Below are positions 17,714 through 27,028 of a stretch of DNA of 60,041 nucleotides, in pieces (position 1 is the stretch's first letter; every line of letters begins with the position of its first letter). Origin of the DNA: an uncultured Eubacteriales bacterium. Its GTDB lineage: Bacteria; Bacillota; Clostridia; Oscillospirales; Oscillospiraceae. The notes beneath the pieces are model-generated. The model was not told the origin of the DNA. It was given only the letters and a program-made list of their open reading frames with translations, and did no database searches. The stretch lies in contig USQL01000001.1 in NCBI GenBank assembly GCA_900556935.1, forward strand, positions 1-60,041. The letters are read 5' to 3'. Both the position numbers and the translations under genes were made by a program.

Positions 17714-19663
17714 ATGGCAAAGTTTGTACCCCAGGCAGAAATGCCCCTGTCCGACCAGGTAAAGGTCCGTAGGGATAAGCTGGAGGCCCTCCGGGCCGAG
17801 GGCCTGGACCCCTTCGTGCAGACCAGGTTCGACGTTACCTCCTCCGCAAAGGAAATCAAGGAAAACTTTGACACCATGGAAGGCAAGTCCGTCACCCTGG
17901 CGGGCCGCCTGATGAGCAAGCGGGGCATGGGCAAGGTCTCCTTCTGCGATTTGCAGGACAACACCGGCAGAATCCAGCTCTACGTCCGCTTCGATGCCAT
18001 GGACGAGGCGGATTTTGCCCGGTTTAAGAAAAACGACATTGGAGACATCGTGGGTGTCGAGGGCGATGTGTTCAAGACCGAGCGGGGCGAAATCTCCCTG
18101 CGGGTCCACAAGGCAACCCTGCTGAGCAAGAGCCTCCTGCCCCTTCCCGAAAAGTTCCACGGCCTGACGGACCGGGAGACCCGCTACCGCCAGCGCTATG
18201 TGGACCTGATTGTAAACCCCGAGGTGAAGGACACCTTCGTCAAGCGCAGCATGATTCTCCGGGAGCTGCGCCACTTCCTGGATAGCCATGGCTTCCTGGA
18301 GGTGGATACCCCCATCCTGACCCCCTTTGAAATCGGTGCCTCTGCCCGTCCCTTCTATACCCATCACAATACCTTGGATATCGACATGGTGCTGCGCATT
18401 GAGACCGAGCTGTACCTGAAGCGGCTCATCGTCGGCGGCATGGACCGGGTTTACGAGGTGGGCCGGATTTTCCGGAACGAGGGCATGGACCCCACCCACA
18501 ACCCGGAGTTTACCTCCATTGAGCTCTACCAGGCCTACACCGATTTCCACGGCATGATGGATTTGGTAGAGGAAATGATGAAGACTGTGGCAATGAAGGT
18601 CTGCGGCACCCTGCAAATTTCCTACCAGGGCAAGGACATCGACCTGTCCCACTGGGAGAGAATGACCATGATTGAGGCGGTCAAGAAGTACTCCGGTGTG
18701 GACTTTGCCGCCATTTCCTCCGACGAGGAGGCCATTGCCGAGGCCAAGGCCCACAATGTGGAGCTGCCGGAGATTCCCACCAAGGGTGCCATCCTTGCCG
18801 AGTTCTTCGATGCTTTTGTGGAAGAAAACCTGATTCAGCCCACCTTTATCTACGACTACCCCGTGGAAAACAGCCCCCTGGCCAAGCGGAAGCCCAATGA
18901 CCCCGCCTTTACTGAGCGGTTTGAGTACTTCATCAACGCCACGGAGTTCGGCAACGCCTTCTCCGAGCTGAACGACCCCATCGACCAGAAGGCCCGCTTT
19001 GAAAAGCAGGTGGCGGACCGTCTGGCGGTAGACCCCGCCTCCCGTGCCCAGGTGGACTACGACTACGTCACCGCCCTGGAATACGGCCTGCCCCCCACGG
19101 GCGGCCTGGGCTTCGGCGTGGACCGCCTGGTCATGCTCCTGACGGACTCCGCCTCCATCCGGGATGTGCTGCTGTTCCCCACTATGAAGCCCACCGACCT
19201 GGAAAAGAAGAAGGCCGACGAGCAGAAGGCCAAGGCAGAGACTGCTCCCGCAGCCGCTCCTGCCGCCCCTGTTGTCGAGGAAAAGATCGATTTCTCCAAG
19301 GTGGAGCTTGAGCCTTTGTTTGCCGACTACGTGGATTTCGATACCTTTAGCAAGTCCGATTTCCGTGCCGTCAAGGTCAAGGAATGCGAAGCCGTGAAGA
19401 AGTCCAAGAAGCTGCTGAAGTTTACTCTGGACGATGGCACCGGCACCGACCGCACCATCCTCAGCGGCATTCACGCCTACTACGAGCCCGAAGAGCTGGT
19501 AGGCAAGACCCTTCTCGCCATCACCAACCTGCCCCCCAGACCCATGATGGGCATTGATTCCTGTGGAATGCTGATTAGCGCTGTCCACCACGAGGAGGGC
19601 GAAGAGAAGCTGCACCTCATTATGCTGGATGGGTCTATTCCTGCCGGGGCGAAGATGTACTAA
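17714..19663 (+). CDS. lysS: Class II lysyl-tRNA synthetase with appended C-terminal tRNA-binding OB domain
   Basis: RYRQRYVDL, FRNEG..HNPEFT, NAFSELNDP and GLPPTGGLGFGVDRL; C-terminal SKSDFRAVKV...RTILSGI...NLPPRPMMG. Confidence 0.97.
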   Translation: MAKFVPQAEMPLSDQVKVRRDKLEALRAEGLDPFVQTRFDVTSSAKEIKENFDTMEGKSVTLAGRLMSKRGMGKVSFCDLQDNTGRIQLYVRFDAMDEADFARFKKNDIGDIVGVEGDVFKTERGEISLRVHKATLLSKSLLPLPEKFHGLTDRETRYRQRYVDLIVNPEVKDTFVKRSMILRELRHFLDSHGFLEVDTPILTPFEIGASARPFYTHHNTLDIDMVLRIETELYLKRLIVGGMDRVYEVGRIFRNEGMDPTHNPEFTSIELYQAYTDFHGMMDLVEEMMKTVAMKVCGTLQISYQGKDIDLSHWERMTMIEAVKKYSGVDFAAISSDEEAIAEAKAHNVELPEIPTKGAILAEFFDAFVEENLIQPTFIYDYPVENSPLAKRKPNDPAFTERFEYFINATEFGNAFSELNDPIDQKARFEKQVADRLAVDPASRAQVDYDYVTALEYGLPPTGGLGFGVDRLVMLLTDSASIRDVLLFPTMKPTDLEKKKADEQKAKAETAPAAAPAAPVVEEKIDFSKVELEPLFADYVDFDTFSKSDFRAVKVKECEAVKKSKKLLKFTLDDGTGTDRTILSGIHAYYEPEELVGKTLLAITNLPPRPMMGIDSCGMLISAVHHEEGEEKLHLIMLDGSIPAGAKMY

Positions 19664-19760
19664 AAGCATCGTTTTTGCTTGCTTTCCAATCCTGAAAAAC
19701 GCCATATTACGCCAACGAACGCAAGTTGCGCAAGCGGCCAAAAGTGGTGCCAAAAGGCTG

Positions 19761-19799
19761 AAGCCGCCTGAATTCATGGAAGAATTCAGGCGGTTTTTT
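19761..19799 (+). terminator. Intrinsic terminator after lysS
   Basis: AAGCCGCCTGAATTC-atggaa-GAATTCAGGCGGTTTTTT. Confidence 0.85.
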
Positions 19800-19897
19800 C
19801 TTCCCGCCAGCCGGAAAAAATTTTTTGGAAAATGTGACGTTTCCGTTGTAGAATCTTATTATATGGGTGAGGGACAAAGAAAGGAAGTGTTCTACAA

Positions 19898-20452
19898 TTG
19901 GAAGACGAGAAAATCATAGAATTGTTTCTGACCAGAAATGAGGATGCCATTCATGAAACGGACCTTGCCTATGGCCGGAAGCTGCATGGGCTTTCCAGGC
20001 GCATCCTCCTGAACCGGGAGGATGCGGAGGAAAGCGTCAGCGATACCTATTTGCAGACCTGGAAAAGCATTCCGCCCTACCACCCCCAATACTTTTTTGC
20101 CTTTCTGGCCGCCGTCTGCCGCTATGTTTCCCTGAACCGGCTGGATTGGAATTTGGCGGCAAAGCGAAAAGGAAACGTTGTCCCTTTGACGGAGGAGATG
20201 GAGCTGTGCATCCCGGACAGCCGCCAGGAGGAGACCATCCAGGGAAAAGAGCTGGCAAAGCTGCTAAATGCCTTTCTGGAAGGACTTCCCAGGGACAGCC
20301 GTATGATTTTTCTGCGGCGGTATTGGTTTCTGGATTCCGTTGCGGAAATCGCCAAACGGTATGATATGACGGAGAGTAAGGTAAAAATGCAGCTGCACCG
20401 GACCCGGGAGAAGCTGCGCATCTTTCTGGAAAAGGAGGATATTCACGTATGA
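19898..20452 (+). CDS. ECF sigma-70 factor
   Basis: Region 2 DAEESVSDTYL; region 4 IFLRRYW..SVAEIA..SKVKMQLHRTR; TTG start. Confidence 0.9.
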   Translation: MEDEKIIELFLTRNEDAIHETDLAYGRKLHGLSRRILLNREDAEESVSDTYLQTWKSIPPYHPQYFFAFLAAVCRYVSLNRLDWNLAAKRKGNVVPLTEEMELCIPDSRQEETIQGKELAKLLNAFLEGLPRDSRMIFLRRYWFLDSVAEIAKRYDMTESKVKMQLHRTREKLRIFLEKEDIHV

Positions 20453-21984
20453 ATGGCAGAGAATTGTTCTGCGGCTTGACCCGCGTCTCGTACAGGTACA
20501 TAGACGAGGCGGAAAACGGCATCCTGGCCGCCTCCCCAAAGGGCGTTAAAAAACACACCCGCCTGCGGCGGCCGCTGCTGGTTGCCGCGTTGGTTGCACT
20601 GCTTCTGCTGCTGGTGGGCTGCGGCGCGGCGTATATCATCACCCGGAACCTGGGCTGGTCTAAGGAGCTGGAACAGGACCTGATTCCCTACAACGAAGGT
20701 ACGGCCATCGGCGCTGTCTCCAAAAGCTGGCTTCTGGAGGATGCCATGCTCACCTTCTCCGCCGCCCCGCCGGAAAACGGAACGGTAAAAATCACCTGCA
20801 CCGAGTTTGGCCGAGATTCTACGGGAACGCTGGACGTGGGCGCGGAATACTGGATTGAAAAGTGGAACGGGACCACCTACGAGGAGATTCCCACTTTGGA
20901 CGGGCAGCCCTGGATGGTCCCGGCGCAGAAAATCATCTGCGGGACCGAGGTCAGCTGGACGGTAAACTATCTGGAAAGCTACGGGGCCTTGGCGCCGGGC
21001 AACTACCGCGTCGGCATGATGGTCTCCAAGCCCACGGAGGGAGAAGCGGAAACGTCCTTGGGATGCTTTGCCAAATTCCGGGTTCCGGAGCCCAATCTGG
21101 CCCCCTATCTGGAAGCGTACAACAAGGCGTTTCTCGCTCTGAAAAACGCCGATGGCTACCATCTTGTGGAGACGGAATACTGCTCCCTCCGGGTATCGGA
21201 CCTGGAATTCCAATCGTTTCGGACGGAATACTGGAAAAGCGGAAGCGACTGGGTGGAGTGCCGCACGGTTCAAGAGCTGAATGCCGAGACGTTCAATGAC
21301 GATGGCGGTGGCCAGATGCGCCGGGACGGGCTGGGCTATGGCGTTGTCTGGCCCACCGGAAAGGTTACGGACAAGCCGTCCAGCTGGGAACGGCTGACGT
21401 TTGTGGATGACTTTGAACCGATGTGGAGTGTATTATATGAAAATATTTCCCAATTCGCTGAAGATGTCCAAGATTGCGGACGTTATGTTAATTTCATAGA
21501 AAACATAGCAGGAGATTATATGGAATTCCGGGTTTTCTACGACGGGGAAGGGGCCATTCAAAGGCTGGAATGGTCCAATATTCCAGGGCTTAGCTATGAG
21601 GAGGCGGACCGGACGGTCTGGGAAATTGTGGAGGTCCTGCCCACCACGGCCCAGGAAGCGGCGGAGGTCCTCCGGGCCATCGACCTGACCACCCCCTCCC
21701 AGTTCTCCTATCAGGAGGACCTGCAAACAATCGAAACGTCCGGCTACGCGAAGAAGACAGACGGCTTCCAAAACAGCACCCCCCAGGGAGCGCTCACAAT
21801 CGATTCCGCCGCCCGCCTGGCTGCCCTGGAGGTCCCCACGGACAAGACAAACATCACAACGGTATTTTACGACCAGGAGGCCAACATCTGGAAGGTGGAA
21901 TTCACCTATTCCCAGAATGACGACATCTATTACGCCGTCTACATGAACGCCGACGGCATTCCCCAGCTGCTGGTCAGCAAATAA
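20449..21984 (+). CDS. Putative anti-sigma factor with large extracellular region
   Basis: Overlaps the sigma stop; N-terminal YIDEAE, one TM helix, Ig-like segment (YWIEKW...YGALAPGNYRV). Confidence 0.7.
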   Translation: MNGRELFCGLTRVSYRYIDEAENGILAASPKGVKKHTRLRRPLLVAALVALLLLLVGCGAAYIITRNLGWSKELEQDLIPYNEGTAIGAVSKSWLLEDAMLTFSAAPPENGTVKITCTEFGRDSTGTLDVGAEYWIEKWNGTTYEEIPTLDGQPWMVPAQKIICGTEVSWTVNYLESYGALAPGNYRVGMMVSKPTEGEAETSLGCFAKFRVPEPNLAPYLEAYNKAFLALKNADGYHLVETEYCSLRVSDLEFQSFRTEYWKSGSDWVECRTVQELNAETFNDDGGGQMRRDGLGYGVVWPTGKVTDKPSSWERLTFVDDFEPMWSVLYENISQFAEDVQDCGRYVNFIENIAGDYMEFRVFYDGEGAIQRLEWSNIPGLSYEEADRTVWEIVEVLPTTAQEAAEVLRAIDLTTPSQFSYQEDLQTIETSGYAKKTDGFQNSTPQGALTIDSAARLAALEVPTDKTNITTVFYDQEANIWKVEFTYSQNDDIYYAVYMNADGIPQLLVSK

Positions 21985-22007
21985 CCCCAATGCTGTTCCT
22001 GAAAATA

Positions 22008-22094
22008 GACTTGTAAGTCGAAAACTTCAGATTTTGAAAAGTTTTCGACTTGCAAGTCCAAAACATTTGACATTGCGCGTTTGCCGGGTATAAT
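22008..22094 (+). promoter_or_regulatory. Two palindromic boxes and a sigma-A promoter upstream of the AAA gene
   Basis: GACTTGTAAGTC (22008) and GTTTTCGACTTGCAAGTCCAAAAC (22041-22064), then TTGACA(22067)-16-TATAAT. Confidence 0.72.
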
Positions 22095-22122
22095 AAAAGA
22101 AAAGCCTTGGAGGTGCAGCGCA

Positions 22123-23343
22123 ATGGCAGAACTTATCAATCGCCCGGAATATCTGAAGCAGCTCATTCAAAATCGGGACGTGGATTTGGTAAAAATCGTC
22201 ACCGGCATCCGCAGATGCGGCAAATCGTCCCTACTGGATCTGTACCATCAGTATCTTCTGGAACAGGGGGTTGCGGAAGAGCATATTATCCATATGAATC
22301 TGGAATCCCTGCGCTACCGGACACTGACGGATTACCTTGCTTTCTATGACTACGTCAGCCAGAGAATCCCGGATAGCGGAAAGACATATCTGATTTTTGA
22401 TGAGTTGCAGGCTGTGAGCCACTGGGAAAAGGCGATTGAATCCTTCCGACTGGATTATGACGTAGATATTTATATCACCGGCTCCAATGCCTATTTGCTG
22501 TCCACAGAATTTTCCACCCTGCTTTCCGGGAGATATGTGGAAATTCGGATGCTGCCGTTGTCCTTTCGGGAGTTCTTGACATTTTACAGCTTTGAACAGA
22601 CCATCACCGTGGAGGAAAAATTTCAAAAGTATTTGCAGTTTGGCGGTATGCCCATTTTGCGGGAGTACCGGTTCAACGAAGCCCGCAGCAATCAGGCGTT
22701 GGAGGGCATCTACTCTACCGTTGTACTGCGTGATATTTTACAGCGTAATGAGGGGGCGGACCAGGCGATGCTTCAAAAAATTATGCTGTTCCTATGCTCC
22801 AATATTGGCAGCGTCAATTCCCCCAGCAGCATCGGCAACGTTTTGTACAATGAAGGGGATATTCAGAAGCGCAATGCCGCGGGAAAAACCGTCGAAAAGT
22901 ATATCTCCATGCTCCGCAGCGCCTATATTGTCTTCTCCGTTGGCCGCTATGATGTGAAGGGAAAGCAACTCCTGAAAACGTTGGGCAAGAATTATATCAT
23001 CGATATGGGCTTTCGGAACATGCTGCTTGGCTACCGGGATGCGGATCGGGGGCACATTCTGGAAAATATCGTCTATCTGGAATTGCTTCGCCGGGACTAC
23101 CGTGTATATATTGGGAAAGTTGGCGAGACAGAAGTGGACTTTGTAGCGGAAAAGCCGGACGATAAGGTGTATATTCAGGTAACGGAAAGTATGCGCTCTC
23201 CGGAAACCCGGGAACGGGAGCTTCGGCCGCTGCAAATGATTCGGGATAACTATGAAAAAATCGTTTTGTCCATGGATCGGGACTTCATTCGCTCCTATGA
23301 AGGAATCAAGTCTCTGAATCTGCTGGATTGGCTGCTCGGCTGA
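22123..23343 (+). CDS. AAA+ ATPase (AAA_14/DUF4143 type) with C-terminal PD-(D/E)xK-like domain
   Basis: GIRRCGKS, LIFDELQ, ITGSN, FGGMP, LENIVYLEL and EVDFVA...YIQVT. Confidence 0.88.
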   Translation: MAELINRPEYLKQLIQNRDVDLVKIVTGIRRCGKSSLLDLYHQYLLEQGVAEEHIIHMNLESLRYRTLTDYLAFYDYVSQRIPDSGKTYLIFDELQAVSHWEKAIESFRLDYDVDIYITGSNAYLLSTEFSTLLSGRYVEIRMLPLSFREFLTFYSFEQTITVEEKFQKYLQFGGMPILREYRFNEARSNQALEGIYSTVVLRDILQRNEGADQAMLQKIMLFLCSNIGSVNSPSSIGNVLYNEGDIQKRNAAGKTVEKYISMLRSAYIVFSVGRYDVKGKQLLKTLGKNYIIDMGFRNMLLGYRDADRGHILENIVYLELLRRDYRVYIGKVGETEVDFVAEKPDDKVYIQVTESMRSPETRERELRPLQMIRDNYEKIVLSMDRDFIRSYEGIKSLNLLDWLLG

Positions 23344-23361
23344 GCGCTTTGCGAAAAACAA

Positions 23362-23391
23362 AACCGGGGCGGCAAAGCAGCCGCCCCGGTT
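23362..23391. terminator. Bidirectional terminator
   Basis: AACCGGGGCGGC-aaagca-GCCGCCCCGGTT between convergent genes. Confidence 0.8.
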
Positions 23392-23402
23392 GAATTTTGG
23401 GG

Positions 23403-24686
23403 TTATTTGCGGATTTCCTCCGGCATGACACCTCGGTTGGAGATGGTCTTGGGGGTGATTTCCCCCGCGTCGGTCAGGGCAATCTTGGTCAGGATGGGGC
23501 CCACCAGCTCGTAGACCAGCACGGAGAACAGAACGATGTTGCGCATAATCGCACCCTCGGCGCCAAAGTCCGCGGCCACCGTGGCGGACATGCCCAGGGC
23601 CACACCGGCCTGGGGCAGCAGGGTGATGCCCAGGTATTTGCACACGGTCTTGGGGCAGCCCATCAACCGGGAGCTGACGCTGGCACCGGTGATTTTACCG
23701 GCGGACCGCATCAGAATGTATACAAGGCCGATGCCCACAACGGCGGCGCTGGCGAATACCCGCAGGTCCAGCTCCGCACCGGAGAGCACGAAGAACAGCA
23801 CGTAAACAGGACCGGTCCAGCGGTCGGTCCGGTACATAATCTCCTCGGAGAAGTCGCAGAGGTTGCAGAACACGGTGCCGCACATCATGCACACCAGCAG
23901 GGAGGAGAAGCCTACCTCTACGCTGTTGCCAAAGCTCAGCTCAATCTTGGAGAAGGCGGTGCACAGGAACACAAAGGCCACCGCCAGGCTCAGACGCTTG
24001 GAGCGGGAGTTGAAGAACTTTTCCACAATGCTGAACACCCAGCCCAGGGCAGCGCCCATGATCAGGGAGGCCACAATCTCGATGGCGGGGTTTACCAGCA
24101 CGGAGATCAGGTTGATGGAGCCCGCGGTCAGGGCCTTGGCAATGCCGGTGGAAACGGCGAAGACAATCAGGCCCACGGCATCGTCCAGTGCCACGATGGG
24201 CAGCAGAATGTTGGTCAGAGGGCCCTTGGCCTTATACTGGTTGATAACCATCACCGTGGCGGCAGGGGCGGTGGCGGTGGCGATGGCACCCAGCACAATG
24301 CAGGTGTACACCGGCAGGGTGTCGCCCAGGAACAGGTGCAGCACCAGCAGGCCCACGTCCACAAAGATGGTGGCGGACAGCGCCTGGAAGATGGCAACCA
24401 CCGTGGCCTGGCGGCCGATGTGCTTCAGCTCCTCCAGCCGGAACTCATTGCCGATGGAAAAGGCGATGAAGCCCAGGGACACATCGCTGATCAGCCCCAG
24501 CTTTTCCACAAACTCGTAGGAGGGAAGACCCAGGTGGGGAATGCCCAGGGCACCTAAGCCCAGGGGTCCAATCAGAAGGCCCGCTACCAGATAGCTGGTC
24601 ACGTCCGGCAGATTAAACCGGGAGGCGAGCCGGGATAGAAACAGTCCCGCAAACATGGCAAGACCAATTGCAAGCAAGTATTCCAT
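23403..24686 (-). CDS. Cation:proton antiporter (CPA family)
   Basis: LPDVTSYLVAG, ATATAPAAT, VALDD, FFVLSGAEL and LLPQAGVALG. Confidence 0.9.
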   Translation of the reverse strand: MEYLLAIGLAMFAGLFLSRLASRFNLPDVTSYLVAGLLIGPLGLGALGIPHLGLPSYEFVEKLGLISDVSLGFIAFSIGNEFRLEELKHIGRQATVVAIFQALSATIFVDVGLLVLHLFLGDTLPVYTCIVLGAIATATAPAATVMVINQYKAKGPLTNILLPIVALDDAVGLIVFAVSTGIAKALTAGSINLISVLVNPAIEIVASLIMGAALGWVFSIVEKFFNSRSKRLSLAVAFVFLCTAFSKIELSFGNSVEVGFSSLLVCMMCGTVFCNLCDFSEEIMYRTDRWTGPVYVLFFVLSGAELDLRVFASAAVVGIGLVYILMRSAGKITGASVSSRLMGCPKTVCKYLGITLLPQAGVALGMSATVAADFGAEGAIMRNIVLFSVLVYELVGPILTKIALTDAGEITPKTISNRGVMPEEIRK

Positions 24687-24707
24687 AAAGAAATGCCTCT
24701 CTTTTCT

Positions 24708-24765
24708 GGGGATGTTCGGTAAGTTCTGTCATTGCGAACCGGTGACATCCTTTTCTAACAGCCCC
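24708..24765. mobile_element. Minimal copy of the GGGGCTGTT...AACAGCCCC element in the antiporter 5' UTR
   Basis: GGGGATGTT...CTGTCATTGCGAACCGGTGACATC...TTCTAACAGCCCC. Confidence 0.62.
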
Positions 24766-24941
24766 GATATCTTGATTTTTTTTGATTTCAGAGCTATTAT
24801 AGCATTCCTTTTCCCGGATGCAAGGGCCCGTATTTCACAGATTTTTCCCCTTTTTTTGTTAGGAAATTGTGAATATTTCTAATCCTTGCATCTTCCGTAA
24901 AAACAGGCTATAATGCAGTCAGATAACGAAAGGAGCTTTTT

Positions 24942-25763
24942 ATGGAACAGTTGAAAGAAATGCTCAAAACCTGGGCTGCCAGCGGCTTGCTCGATAAGAT
25001 TTTTTCTACCGTCATCACCCTGGCGGTGGGCATTCTGGCGGTCAGGCTGGTGCTGCGGGTGGTGCACCGGGCACTGGAAAAAAGCCGCCTGGAAAAGGCG
25101 GCCTACAGTCTGATTATGTCTCTGAGCAAGGTGGGGCTCTATACCCTCCTGTTTTTGAGCGTGGCCTCTGGCCTGGGCATCGATATCACCAGCGTGGTGG
25201 CCATGGCCAGTGTCCTGACTCTGGCCGTCTCCCTGGCGCTGCAGAATATGCTGTCTAACATCCTGGGCGGCTTTTCTCTTCTGACTACCCATCCCTTCCA
25301 TTCCGGAGACTATGTGGACATCGGCAGCCAGTCCGGCACCGTGACCCAGATTGACATGACCTATACCAGACTCCTGACTCCGGAGGGGAAAACCGTCTGC
25401 ATCCCCAACAGCACGGTGCTGGCCTCCGAAATCGTCAACTATACCGCCAGCGGCACCCGCCGGGGCACCATCCAGGTCAGTGCGGGCTACGAGGCCCCCA
25501 CCCAGAAGGTGCGGGACGCGCTGATTCTGGCGGCGGAGGTGGACAAGGTCCTGGTAGACCCCGCCCCCTTCTCCGCGGTGGAGAGCTATGGGGACAACGC
25601 CATCAACTATATCCTCCGCTTCTGGACCAAGTCCGAGGACTTCTGGGATGTGTACTACCAGGTCAACCAGCGCATCAAGGACATCTTCGACCGGCAGGAC
25701 ATCCCCATGACCTACCCCCACCTGAACGTCCACTTCGACAGGGAGTTTGTGGAGAAGCAATAA
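24942..25763 (+). CDS. mscS: Small-conductance mechanosensitive channel
   Basis: SLALQNMLSNILGG, PFHSGDYV, IPNS and IPMTYPHL. Confidence 0.9.
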   Translation: MEQLKEMLKTWAASGLLDKIFSTVITLAVGILAVRLVLRVVHRALEKSRLEKAAYSLIMSLSKVGLYTLLFLSVASGLGIDITSVVAMASVLTLAVSLALQNMLSNILGGFSLLTTHPFHSGDYVDIGSQSGTVTQIDMTYTRLLTPEGKTVCIPNSTVLASEIVNYTASGTRRGTIQVSAGYEAPTQKVRDALILAAEVDKVLVDPAPFSAVESYGDNAINYILRFWTKSEDFWDVYYQVNQRIKDIFDRQDIPMTYPHLNVHFDREFVEKQ

Positions 25764-25773
25764 AAAAGGCGAA

Positions 25774-25977
25774 TGGCTCCCCTGAAAGGGGAGCTGGCCC
25801 GGCGAAAGCCGGGTCTGAGGGGTCCGGCTTTTCGCCAGAAAAGCCTCCGCTGAAAGCGAAATCCAGGCTGAAATATCCCCAAAGCCCGGAATTTGCGCCA
25901 ACGGCGCAAGGCTTGGCCATCGGCCAAGCCAGACCCCTCAGTCAGCTGCGCTGACAGCTCCCCTTTCAGGGGAGCCA
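25774..25977. repeat. REPIN-like inverted pair of REP palindromes
   Basis: TGGCTCCCCTGAAAGGGGAGCTG...TGAGGGGTC at the left end and GACCCCTCAG...CAGCTCCCCTTTCAGGGGAGCCA at the right end. Confidence 0.82.
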
Positions 25978-26016
25978 AACAGGGGGGGCGGCCAAACGGC
26001 CGCCCCCTTTCATTTT

Positions 26017-26967
26017 TTATTCATGATGATAAATCCGCTTGTCCAGCGCGAAAATCCGGCTGCTGAAGCTTCCGGTGGGGACGGCGGGGAGGGTTTCAGC
26101 GTAGATTTCCATGCGGCTGTCCAGCATGTCAATCTGGCTCAGTAGCTCGGCTTCCGCGAACATGGGTTTTACCGCCGCGCCGAATTCCGGCTCCCCATGG
26201 TGGGAAAGAATCATGTGCTGCAATAGCAGACTCTTTTCCTCCGGGGTGTCCAGCTCCGCGCAGACGGCCCCCACCTCCTGGGCCCCCATGACCAGATGGC
26301 CCAGCAGCTGGCCCTTCCGGGAATAGTCCGTGACAATGCCCAGCTGGGAGAAGGTGAACTCCCGCTCCTTGGCAAAGTCGTGAAGAAGGGTGCCGGTGAG
26401 CAGCAGGCTCCTGTCAATAATCTGGGGATAGAGCCCGGAAAGGAAGTCTGCCAGCCGCAGCATATTGGCCGTGTGCATCAGAAGGCCGGAAAGGAAGCTG
26501 TGGTGGACGCTTTTGGCTGCGGGAATCTTCCCAAAGGCCTCCAGGTGCCGGGAGAGCATCACCTGGGCCACCTGCCGATAGTCCTTGTCCTCCATGCTGT
26601 CCACAAGCTGCTGCACCTGGGCCAGGGTACCGTCTTTATCAATGGGGGCCACCGGCACCAGAAGGGAGGTGTCGTAGCTGTCCTCGGGAGCGGCCATACG
26701 GAGGTTGGAGGCCGTCAGCTGATAGGTGCCCCGGTATTCCGTAATGTCCCCCCGGACCTTGATGACCTTTCCCGCGTCCTCCGGGGCCCCCACGGGGCCG
26801 GAGTAATCCCAGGCCTTCAAATCCATGCTGCCGGACCGGTCGGAAATGGTGGCGGCCAGGAAGGGCTTGCCGCTGTTGGAGGTTTTGATCTGGGCATCCT
26901 TTAAGATGTAAAATCCCTCCACCCGGTCCCCGGGGACCATGGCGGAAATCTGCTTATTGTATTCCAT
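26017..26967 (-). CDS. yhaM: 3'-5' exoribonuclease YhaM/Cbf1 family (OB fold plus HD domain)
   Basis: N-terminal OB fold, then PAAKSVHH, LLHD, LLGH, HMILSHHG and DMLDSR. Confidence 0.9.
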   Translation of the reverse strand: MEYNKQISAMVPGDRVEGFYILKDAQIKTSNSGKPFLAATISDRSGSMDLKAWDYSGPVGAPEDAGKVIKVRGDITEYRGTYQLTASNLRMAAPEDSYDTSLLVPVAPIDKDGTLAQVQQLVDSMEDKDYRQVAQVMLSRHLEAFGKIPAAKSVHHSFLSGLLMHTANMLRLADFLSGLYPQIIDRSLLLTGTLLHDFAKEREFTFSQLGIVTDYSRKGQLLGHLVMGAQEVGAVCAELDTPEEKSLLLQHMILSHHGEPEFGAAVKPMFAEAELLSQIDMLDSRMEIYAETLPAVPTGSFSSRIFALDKRIYHHE

Positions 26968-27028
26968 GACGCAATCGACTCCTTTACTGGGGCTATTATA
27001 CCGGAAAAACGGGCAAAAAGCAATCGGC

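Noticed and set aside
17297..19777. 826-aa minus-strand ORF
   Set aside because: Antisense to greA-lysS, which have clear motifs; a codon-bias artefact.
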